Source: Alkalilimnicola ehrlichii MLHE-1 (lineage in GTDB: Bacteria; Pseudomonadota; Gammaproteobacteria; Nitrococcales; Halorhodospiraceae). From it: DNA of 32,000 nucleotides. The translations under genes were made by a program, and so were the position numbers. The notes under the pieces were generated by a model. That model did no database searches. It saw only the letters and a list, made by a program, of their open reading frames with translations, and was not told the DNA's origin. The number at the start of each line of letters is the position of its first letter. The stretch's first letter is position 1. Positions 8,604 through 16,293 of this stretch are shown piece by piece. The stretch covers positions 2,040,001 to 2,072,000 of the forward strand of contig NC_008340.1 of assembly GCF_000014785.1 (NCBI RefSeq). The letters run 5' to 3'.

Positions 8604-9212
8604 CAGGCCTGCACGAATCAGCCCCTGACGAACGGCATCGACAAATTTATAGAACACGTCAGTCTGGCGTGCTCTTCCAGCTTTATTGAGAGACTCAAAG
8701 AGAGTGCTTCTCAAGCCGCGGGAGAGCTCTAATTGAACACCAGCTCCGCTCGTTCCGCGATTACAGATATTCGCTCGTGATGTCCCTTGAAGATTCGGGT
8801 TTTCATGCTTGCGCACGGTAAAACCGGCCTCTGCAAGTGCTTCGCTTATTTGAGAGCGCAGCAGCGCATCGGCACCGCCAGCAAATACCGTTTCCCCTGG
8901 GCTGTTTTCACCATGTATTGCTACAGCAGTGCGAGACCGCGCGACTACTTCGACACAACGAGGTTCATCGAAATTCGTACTGGTTATATGCAAGTCCCGG
9001 TTCTTGGCTACCTTAGTACCCTCAAAAATTGCGAAACTAAACTGCTCGCCTGCAATAGCAAAGGCCAACTCTGATGTGCCTGGCTCAATTGCACCACCAT
9101 GCGGGGCAATCACAGCTACCGCTGCTTCGTCTCGCACCGCCACCTGAACGCGAAAATCGCGCCCTTCAGTTTGCTCAGCTTTAAGTGCTTTAAAATTTGA
9201 GTATCTGTCCAT
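8598..9212 (-). CDS. Poly-gamma-glutamate hydrolase family protein (DUF867/YjqB-like)
   Basis: ~204 aa; 'VAVIAPHGGAIEPGTSELAFAIAG', 'LHITSTNFDEPRCVEV', 'VAIHGE', and a C-terminal 'NICNRGTSGAGVQLELSRGLR' as in phage-type PGA hydrolases. Stop TAA lies in attC B. The track starts at TTG 9215; ATG is at 9212. Confidence 0.8.
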   Translation of the reverse strand: MDRYSNFKALKAEQTEGRDFRVQVAVRDEAAVAVIAPHGGAIEPGTSELAFAIAGEQFSFAIFEGTKVAKNRDLHITSTNFDEPRCVEVVARSRTAVAIHGENSPGETVFAGGADALLRSQISEALAEAGFTVRKHENPNLQGTSRANICNRGTSGAGVQLELSRGLRSTLFESLNKAGRARQTDVFYKFVDAVRQGLIRAGLL

Positions 9213-9219
9213 CAATTCG

Positions 9220-9288
9220 CTCTAACGCTCAACTAAGCCGCTGGGCGGAGCGTAGCGTAGCCCAGTCGGCTTGAGTGTTATGTTAGCG
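9220..9288 (-). repeat. attC site C
   Basis: CTCTAAC...GTTAGCG. CTAAGCCG-CTGGG pairs with CCCAG-t-CGGCTT-g-AG, with extrahelical T9266 and G9273. Confidence 0.92.
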
Positions 9289-10188
9289 ATTCGACATAAC
9301 ACGATAGAACTCTCTCACTGCACTTGCGAACGCGGAGCGTTCCCTAAGCAGTCGCACATACGTCGGCAGATTAAATCCGATAACGGGAGAGAGCAGATTG
9401 CCACGAATGCTGCCGGCCAGCATGGATATTGGCCCGCTCAACTTCTCCGCACAGTCAATAAATTGTTGGCATTCCTGTACGTTCACTTGATTATGGAACT
9501 CTTGGATGTAATTGGGATTATTCACATCGACTATTGGTACATGAATCCACATCTTTCTCCCGATCTCCTCAAGAGCCTGCACTGCCTCATCAAAGGCATC
9601 CGGCATTCCCCAGCCCGAACATAGTATTGTGTAGTTCCTTCCCTTTATTCGATGAACTTGTACCGTGGCCTGCGACAGTTGCTCTCTCGCTGATAGGAAT
9701 TCTCTAGTCTGGCTCAGGGCCCAGTCCACCTTAAATTTTGCCTCACGAGCGTTACTCCCTCTTTGGACCTCATTCACCGCTTCAACGAGGGACTCTACGA
9801 AGAGCTGCGCATCAGTTACAAGTTGGTTGGTTGTTCCAAAAAAATGCTCGATTTCGCCCGCTGTCTGGGTTCTAAGCTGCGCCTGTTGCTGCTGCTTCCA
9901 GCTCACGGTTGCCGTATGAAATGCCACCACAAAGCCACCAAGAGTTACCGCTGCGGTGGCAAGTCCTACTTTGTAAGCCTCCGGCTGTCCGTTGAACCAC
10001 AATACCAACTCGCCAGGGGAAAATGGCTCTACACCGAGCACAGTCTCCGCCCCTACGTATAGTGATATCGCCAGCGCTAGTGCACCCAATGCAGTGCCGA
10101 AAAGAAAGTGCACCAACATCCCAATCGAAATGAACGCGTAGAACGCTGGAACGGCCACTTGAGGTGGAATGCGCTGGAATATCTTCAT
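9283..10188 (-). CDS. Membrane protein of unknown function: two N-terminal hydrophobic segments and a long soluble C-terminal region
   Basis: From ATG 10188 'MKIFQRIPPQVAVPAFYAFISIGMLVHFLFGTALGALALAISLYVG...VGLATAAVTLGGFVVAFHTATVSWKQQQQAQL...'. Stop TAA lies in attC C. The longer ORF start at 10266 lies in attC D and is less likely. Confidence 0.7.
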   Translation of the reverse strand: MKIFQRIPPQVAVPAFYAFISIGMLVHFLFGTALGALALAISLYVGAETVLGVEPFSPGELVLWFNGQPEAYKVGLATAAVTLGGFVVAFHTATVSWKQQQQAQLRTQTAGEIEHFFGTTNQLVTDAQLFVESLVEAVNEVQRGSNAREAKFKVDWALSQTREFLSAREQLSQATVQVHRIKGRNYTILCSGWGMPDAFDEAVQALEEIGRKMWIHVPIVDVNNPNYIQEFHNQVNVQECQQFIDCAEKLSGPISMLAGSIRGNLLSPVIGFNLPTYVRLLRERSAFASAVREFYRVMSNR

Positions 10189-10202
10189 ACGTCTCCCAGA
10201 CT

Positions 10203-10274
10203 CGCTAACGCCGCGCTCTGCGGCAAATTTGGAGCGCAGCGGAGAATTTGTCCGACAGCAGCGCATTGTTAGGG
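10203..10274 (-). repeat. attC site D
   Basis: CGCTAAC...GTTAGGG. GCGCTCTGCGGCAAATT pairs with AATTTG-t-CCG-a-CAG-c-AGCGC, with three single-base bulges all in the right arm (10251, 10255, 10259). Confidence 0.9.
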
Positions 10275-10277
10275 ATT

Positions 10278-11126
10278 TTACGTGGCAACAATATCATCCT
10301 TAGATAAAGGGAAGCGCGCATCATTTTCTGGAAAATCAGCAATGAAGAAGAACCTTTTTCTGAGTTTATCAAAGTGCTGATCTTCAGATGCAAGACCTTT
10401 CTTTACTTGCTGTCTGGCCCATGCCACACCACGTCTCTTTACGTCGGGGTTTTTCATCGCCTCAGAAACAAGGCGTTCTACCCTTTCTTTCTTCCCTTTC
10501 CCGACACAGTGACTTTTATAGTAGGCTCGGTAAGCCCTTGAAAATAGTCCAGCAGCGCTTAAAAAATGATAGGTTCGATCTTGATGCTCTGCCCCTTCAT
10601 TAAGGATACCTATGGCTTTATCACCATCGAGGTCGAAAAAGAAGGACTCATAAAACCGACCGAAATTATCCTGAATATGCCCAGCAGTTACTTCTACCTC
10701 CGGACCAATTATTGCCCAGAAAGGAGCCGCATCTAGCCTTGTAGATGCTTTTATTAAATGGGCACCATTGCAGGCAGCAATTACAATCATCAGATTTAGC
10801 TTAGTCGCTCGGTTAATCTCAATAAGTATCTCTCTGATTTCATCCCATTCAACCAGTTCTCCGCTAGCGGTTCCCAAGCCGTCTTCACACCCATGACACT
10901 CAAAGTGGATCATTGGATATATTCCGCTCAAAGCCTCATTTCGTATTTTTTCTAATACGTCAAACAGCTCGGACTTAGTTATTGGCTCAGCGAATTCGAC
11001 GACAAGGTCTTGCTGTACCTGCTTAGCCTTGTCCAGCTGATTGTCGAAGAGATTTTTCCCGGTTCTAAGCTCACCTGATGGTAAAGATTCTATAACCCAC
11101 AGCTTATTGAAAATATTTCCGGACAT
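10278..11126 (-). CDS. CHAT/caspase-like (clan CD) cysteine protease domain protein
   Basis: 282 aa; 'PMIHFECHGCEDGLGTASGELVEWDEIREIL' (His78-Gly), 'LMIVIAACNGAHLI' (Cys119), followed by 'FWAIIGPEVEVTAGHIQDNFGRFYESFFFDLDGDKAIGILN', the CHAT-type strand and FY motif order. Confidence 0.72.
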   Translation of the reverse strand: MSGNIFNKLWVIESLPSGELRTGKNLFDNQLDKAKQVQQDLVVEFAEPITKSELFDVLEKIRNEALSGIYPMIHFECHGCEDGLGTASGELVEWDEIREILIEINRATKLNLMIVIAACNGAHLIKASTRLDAAPFWAIIGPEVEVTAGHIQDNFGRFYESFFFDLDGDKAIGILNEGAEHQDRTYHFLSAAGLFSRAYRAYYKSHCVGKGKKERVERLVSEAMKNPDVKRRGVAWARQQVKKGLASEDQHFDKLRKRFFFIADFPENDARFPLSKDDIVAT

Positions 11127-11141
11127 GACGATTCCATTTAT

Positions 11142-11217
11142 CCCTAACGCGCAGCGTAACCGGTCGGATTTGGAGCGTCAGCGGAAAAGCCGATCCGTGT
11201 TGACGCTGTTGTTGTGC
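11142..11217 (-). repeat. attC site E (degenerate right core)
   Basis: CCCTAAC...GTTGTGC. GCAGCGTAACCGGTCGG pairs with CCGA-t-CCG-t-GTT-g-ACGCTG, with bulges in the right arm. Confidence 0.75.
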
Positions 11218-11260
11218 TAAGCTGACGGATCGAATTCGTCTCGCCGCCACTCCTTATCCA

Positions 11261-11893
11261 TTACTCTGCACAATTCATAATATTATTTTGGAAACAATCC
11301 GATAAAACCAGAAGCATCCTTTGCGTAAACGTGACGTGCTCCCTGATATCTATCGTCGACAAATCCGGGTCATCGCCATGCGCAATACTATGGCGCCACC
11401 TCACAAGCTCGTTGTCTATTTTAAGGCGCCACCGCAAGAATGGAGAGCAATCGAACCCCATGACTTCGAAGTTGTCTTTTAACTTTCTGAAATCTAGATT
11501 TGATCTAGAAGAAACCACTTCCTTATCAAAATTCAAAAAGTCCCCTCTTGTCACTTCCTGAAATCGCAAGATAAACTCTACTGCTGCAAGCTGAGAATGA
11601 TTTCTATCTCTGAGCCTTTGAAAATCAGACTGGAGCAACCCAATCAGCATTGGCCAAGAGACATCTGAAACCTTCTTTCTAGCCTCCCTCAAAAAATCTA
11701 TGTAAAGAGATACGCAATCGTTATAAAACCCTTCCCAGTGAGAATAGGATAAAACGATAACTGCCTTCGACTGGACCCCAAATTGCGCAATAGAGCCTAG
11801 CTCATTCATTCGGACTTTTATCTCTGACAGTTCCTTGGCTCGGCGCAAGCGGATCGAATCCAAGTCTGAGAGAAATTGAAAAACATCGCTCAT
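11261..11893 (-). CDS. Small HEPN-domain protein (MAE_28990/MAE_18760-like), candidate RNase
   Basis: ~210 aa, helical; C-terminal 'LVRWRHSIAHGDDP' contains RHSIAH (Rx4H, HEPN active-site motif). ATGA overlap with upstream DUF262 gene. The track starts at TTG 11908; ATG is at 11893. Confidence 0.78.
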   Translation of the reverse strand: MSDVFQFLSDLDSIRLRRAKELSEIKVRMNELGSIAQFGVQSKAVIVLSYSHWEGFYNDCVSLYIDFLREARKKVSDVSWPMLIGLLQSDFQRLRDRNHSQLAAVEFILRFQEVTRGDFLNFDKEVVSSRSNLDFRKLKDNFEVMGFDCSPFLRWRLKIDNELVRWRHSIAHGDDPDLSTIDIREHVTFTQRMLLVLSDCFQNNIMNCAE

Positions 11894-13017
11894 TGTGGAG
11901 AAAACCAATTCTCACCAAATGGTACGGTTCTTTGGATCCGAGTAGTCCCTCGCAAGCCTGACGCACTCAACTCGGCGACATCTCTTTCTCGCCAGAACCG
12001 ATCGACGCGCTCACGCAAAAAACCATCCGGGTCTTCCAAGTCCTGAATTTTTTCTTTGTTTCTGGCGACCCCTACCAATATCGCTTCCAGTGCACGCAGA
12101 GAAAATCTTTTGGCTATTCCTTGATAAGCCTCGTCATGAGGAATCAAGGCATCGCCCCCGAATAAGCTATGCAAGCTATTGACGGCCCATTCCACCGTAT
12201 GGATCACATCATTCGGATCTTGATCCACGATAATTCGCGCAATACTTCGGTCGAGGAACTCCTGAACATCAGCATCTGAGCCAAAATCTTCGACTGTATG
12301 AACAATAGCACGAACCGCATATTCAACATCTTTTTGTTTTAAATTCTGCTCTTCCGTAATTTTAAAAATATTTATAAATTCTTCGCTTCTTGCCAGATTC
12401 CTTATTCGAGCGGTAGCATCTGCATTTCCAAGCACCATTGAACAAGTGCGGACTTCCTGCTCATTAGCGTACTCGCCACCCCGATTCAATCGCTGAAACA
12501 AATCAAATTTCGTTTTTGCGTCACTTGGGTGTTTAAGTATCTGGAAATCCAAGCGTGACCGACGAAAGAAAAGCTGAAGAGATTTTTCAAGAACTTGAGC
12601 ACCTCCATCTCCTCCTTCTGTTGGCCACACGACACCATCTAAGGACGGAAGATAGGTTGCAGTTGTCAGAGTAGAAGGCGGCATCTTCTCTGCAGGATTA
12701 TCTGGTTCGCGCAAAACGCCCATGAACTCGAGCACTGTGGAGATACGTTGTAACCCGTCTATCAGCTCCCATGTTCCATCTGGCTTTTCATATGCGAAAG
12801 CCGGGGGCACAGGGATTCCAATCAAAATCGATTCGATAAAAGCCGTCTTCTTTTCAGGAGACCAACGAAATAATCTCTGAAAATCAGGGATAATATCTAG
12901 CTCCTCCGCCGCATACATGGAAGCGATCTCCCCAATGGAGATTTGCAAACTATCGGTAACAACTGATCGCTTTGCGGTTTCTAGTTCATTTCTTAACATT
13001 AAGCAGCCCTCAAGCAT
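11890..13017 (-). CDS. DUF262 domain-containing protein (ParB/sulfiredoxin-like fold)
   Basis: 375 aa; 'IIPDFQRLFRWSPEKKTAFIESILIGIPVPPAFAYE...WELIDGLQRISTVLEFM' (DGxQR signature) and 'LFQRLNRGG'. Confidence 0.88.
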   Translation of the reverse strand: MLEGCLMLRNELETAKRSVVTDSLQISIGEIASMYAAEELDIIPDFQRLFRWSPEKKTAFIESILIGIPVPPAFAYEKPDGTWELIDGLQRISTVLEFMGVLREPDNPAEKMPPSTLTTATYLPSLDGVVWPTEGGDGGAQVLEKSLQLFFRRSRLDFQILKHPSDAKTKFDLFQRLNRGGEYANEQEVRTCSMVLGNADATARIRNLARSEEFINIFKITEEQNLKQKDVEYAVRAIVHTVEDFGSDADVQEFLDRSIARIIVDQDPNDVIHTVEWAVNSLHSLFGGDALIPHDEAYQGIAKRFSLRALEAILVGVARNKEKIQDLEDPDGFLRERVDRFWRERDVAELSASGLRGTTRIQRTVPFGENWFSPQ

Positions 13018-13044
13018 GGAGAATCATAAGCAGAAATTTCATCT

Positions 13045-13158
13045 GCACAACGCCTAGTTAACCGGCCCGCATCGAGGCAAATAAAAATGCCGATCGCCCT
13101 CATTCACCTCGGACCTCCTCGAAGGCACTAGCGGGTCCGGTTCAACGCCTTGTTGCAC
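13045..13158 (-). repeat. attC site F, lying inside the 3' end of the IS91-type ORF
   Basis: GCACAAC...GTTGCAC. GTTAACCGG-CCCGC (13057-13070) pairs with GCGGG-t-CCGGTT-c-AAC (13131-13146), with extrahelical T13136 and C13143. Confidence 0.85.
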
Positions 13159-14343
13159 ACTGCCCGAAGCCTTCGGAGGCGACCCACTTCTTATTAGGGA
13201 ATTTTGAATCCGGTGGCGACTCGGGGGAAGCGTGAATCCCCGGATCAGCTCGGCACCGCAAGCGGGACAGCACAGGGCGTCGCTATGGCCAAGCATCTCC
13301 AGGTACGCCTGCCAGGTCTGCTTCTTCGGCTCCACTTCGGGCATAGGCGCCCCCATTTGTTCTCGGCAAGCCATTCGCTTGGCACGGCAGGTGTGGGCAT
13401 ACAGACCAACGTGGCGGACGGTGTGCTGACCCGGCTCCGGGACATGCCACAGGATCTGTTCCATGAATCGCTCCACCGCCACACGCCGCAGTTTCCGTCG
13501 ACCATCCCGGTGGTCATGGTAACGGAATTGAACCTGGCCTTCCCCCAACGACTTGATCCGGGTGTTTGTGATGGGTCCGCCGCGCACGTAGCGAGACAGG
13601 TACGCAGCGACTCCTCGTCCATGTGTATAGCGGCCCTGCAAACGGACATTCCATTCTTTCTTCGCAGTGGCCTTGAGCCAGTAATCCACGGTCGGATGAT
13701 CGCCACGGGGCGCTTTCAGTCGGCCAGTATCCAGATCATGGCGCAGACGGGAGAGTAGTTTGCCCCGGAACACGCGCTTCACCACGGCCGCAGGCAGCAG
13801 AAAGTCACCCTTCACCGCTCGCCACTGTCCACCCGTCGTCAATCCACCCCCACTGATCAAGCAGTGAACATGGGGGTGGGCGTTAAGGGTTCGACCCCAC
13901 GTGTGCAGGGCCATCACAATGCCGGGGACCGCCCCTAGGTGACGATCTTGCGCAAGCAGTTGGATGAGGGTGTCCCGACTGGCATCGAATAGCGCGGCCA
14001 CGAAGGACCGGCGGTTGTACCGCCACAGGGGGATCAATTCATGGGGCACGGTAAAGATAGCGTGGAAATGATCGCAAGGCAGCAGGCGGCCTCGTTCACG
14101 CTCCATCCACTGTGCCTTGGCACGCTCCGCACATTGCGGGCAGCTACGATGCCGGCACGAGTGGTACTGCACGCGGCGGTGGTGGCCATGGGGACAACAC
14201 TGCTCGTGGCCCCCCAGCGCTTCCGTCCGGCAATTCATAATCGATTCTGCCGCTTTGAGCTGCGGGAGCGGAAAACAATGATGTTTACGAAGCCCATCAA
14301 AATGCTCCAGAAATACGTCCTGAATGGTCGGCTTCCTTGCCAT
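13054..14343 (-). mobile_element. IS91 family transposase (Y2/HUH type)
   Basis: 429 aa; zinc-binding N-terminus 'CRHRSCPQCAERAKAQWMERERGRLLPCDHFHAIFTVPHEL', 'NAHPHVHCLISGGGL' (HUH), 'YLSRYVRGGPI'. The last ~35 codons are translated attC F sequence. Confidence 0.9.
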
Positions 14344-14520
14344 TGATTGAGCCTCCTGTACGGCGCTCCATGCCGTATATTACAGACATTGCAACGCGGC
14401 ATGTCTTCGCCAACTAACTGAAAAATCGCAACATCTGCCGCGAAGCGGCTTTGTGCAACAGTTGATTCTACTGCGTCTGTAGAGGCGGTGATATGCAGAC
14501 GCCGCATGTCACACCCGGGA

Positions 14521-14540
14521 TACTTGATATCGAACCAGTC
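14521..14540. promoter_or_regulatory. Imperfect LexA-box-like sequence upstream of intI
   Basis: TACTTGATATCGAACCAGTC versus TACTG(TA)5CAGTA: 13/20 matches, with correct N10 spacing but CTT instead of CTG in the left half-site. 50 bp upstream of the intI ATG. Confidence 0.3.
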
Positions 14541-14590
14541 GGTGGCGCATGCTTATCGTGCATAGTCATGGACTGACGGAGTAAGGAATC

Positions 14591-15979
14591 ATGGTTGATC
14601 CAAGCCGCAAAGATGCCCGTGCCCGGTTCTGGGATCGTTACATCCAGGCTCTCCGAAAGCAAGGCGTGAAGCCACCCTTCGACCGATGGCACGTACGTCG
14701 GGCGGAGGAGTTCATCAAGGCGCACCCTGATCAAAGGCTTCGCGAGTTGGGCCCTGATGGCGTGCAAAGCTACCTGCGACGGAAGGGACACGCCGGTAAT
14801 CTCAAGGCCTGGCAGTTCCAGCAAGTGGTTCGTGCTATACAGACGCTGTATAGCACGGCTAACATAGCATGGGCTGCGAGGTTCGACTGGCAGTATTGGA
14901 TGGATGCCGCCCGAACGCTCGAGCCTGAACACGTTTCTACGGCCCGGGACACCCCAGCGCCAACTCCGGTACGGCTTGCCGAACGTGTTGCTGACACTCG
15001 TCTGGCACACGTGGTACACGCGCACCCCGCGCTTTTTGAGGCTTTTTCTGAAACAGTCACCAGCAGAGGCTTGGCGATCAGCACCGAGAAAACCTACCTG
15101 GCGTGGACCTGCCGGTTCATTGTGTTTCTGCAGTCGAAGCCTGTGGAAAGCGCGGACGAGGCGGATGTTCAACAATTTCTCAGTCAGTTGGTCACACAGC
15201 GCAATGTAGCCGCCAGCACCCAGAGCCAGGCTCTGAACGCTTTGGTCTTCTTCTTCCGGTACGTTCTGCAGCGACCGCTTGGCGAACTCCAGGCTATTGA
15301 GAGGTCAAAACGGCCCAGGCGCCTTCCTGTGGTTCTCTCTCGCAATGAGGTCAAGGCGCTGTTGAGTGAAATGCACGGTGTTCACCATTTGCTGGCCTCA
15401 TTGCTTTATGGTTCCGGCATGCGGGTCATGGAAGCACTACGATTGCGCGTCAAAGATATAGATTTCGAGCGGCGGGCAATCACGGTGAGATCCGGCAAAG
15501 GCGATAAGGATCGCGTGGTACCCCTTCCCGAATCCACGATAGCGCCGCTCCAGAACCACTTGCGGCAGGTGAAGGCCATTCACGAGGGAGACCTGGCCGA
15601 TGGGTACGGTGAAGCCTCCCTCCCCCATGCCCTGGCCCGGAAGTACCGCAATGCCGGGAAGGAATGGCATTGGCAGTATGTGTTTCCCAGTGCCCGGGTA
15701 GCGGTCGATCCCCGATCAGGGGCGATCCGTCGACATCATCTTCATGAAACCGCTGTCCAGCGTGCGGTAAAACGGGCGGTGAGAGCCTCCAGAATACCGA
15801 AACAGGCCAGTTGCCACACCTTGCGGCACAGTTTTGCCACGCACCTGCTGGAGCGCGGCCAGGATATCCGAACCGTGCAAGAGCTCCTGGGCCACGCGGA
15901 TGTATCGACGACCATGATCTACACGCATGTAATGAGCAAAGGTGGCGTCCCTGCGGCGAGCCCGTTGGACGGGCTTTAG
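14591..15979 (+). CDS. intI: Integron integrase (IntI) with an N-terminal extension
   Basis: 462 aa; tyrosine recombinase boxes '[22 protein letters not shown]', '[39 protein letters not shown]', plus the IntI-specific patch '[26 protein letters not shown]'. Confidence 0.96.
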   Translation: MVDPSRKDARARFWDRYIQALRKQGVKPPFDRWHVRRAEEFIKAHPDQRLRELGPDGVQSYLRRKGHAGNLKAWQFQQVVRAIQTLYSTANIAWAARFDWQYWMDAARTLEPEHVSTARDTPAPTPVRLAERVADTRLAHVVHAHPALFEAFSETVTSRGLAISTEKTYLAWTCRFIVFLQSKPVESADEADVQQFLSQLVTQRNVAASTQSQALNALVFFFRYVLQRPLGELQAIERSKRPRRLPVVLSRNEVKALLSEMHGVHHLLASLLYGSGMRVMEALRLRVKDIDFERRAITVRSGKGDKDRVVPLPESTIAPLQNHLRQVKAIHEGDLADGYGEASLPHALARKYRNAGKEWHWQYVFPSARVAVDPRSGAIRRHHLHETAVQRAVKRAVRASRIPKQASCHTLRHSFATHLLERGQDIRTVQELLGHADVSTTMIYTHVMSKGGVPAASPLDGL

Positions 15980-16293
15980 GACCGCCCCGGAGGGTCCTGG
16001 CCCAGAAAGCGGGCACGCTACCGCCAGTACGACATTGGGGGGCCCCCTGCCGTAGTCTCTATAGCCAGCTCAAGGCATCAGCGATCCGACAATGCCCAAG
16101 TGTTCAAAGCTACCGGCGACCGGTCACCCTGGTGACTTCCGGCAGTCCGAGCACTGCATCACATCCTGGGCGTTTTTACGCATGGTCGCCTCCGCAGCGC
16201 TCCAGTTGCAAGTCCGCCCCGGCATCCCCACCTTTGCCCCAGCCCCCTCCACCGCTAAAATGGCGGCCCGCTTCCCCAACCTGCCGTGACTGC

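Noticed and set aside
9283-11126. Bacterial gasdermin + caspase-like protease operon
   Set aside because: The protease is plausible, but the partner has N-terminal hydrophobic segments and no gasdermin-like architecture, and an attC separates the genes. Not supported as a gasdermin system.
14344-14590. attI site
   Set aside because: Several AAC-containing motifs are present (e.g. 14410-14460, with GCCGCgaaGCGGC), but none could be assigned as a convincing attI core by eye, so it is not listed as a feature.
14468-15175. 235-aa minus-strand ORF overlapping intI
   Set aside because: Overlaps the well-supported integrase N-terminal coding region on the opposite strand; no recognisable family.
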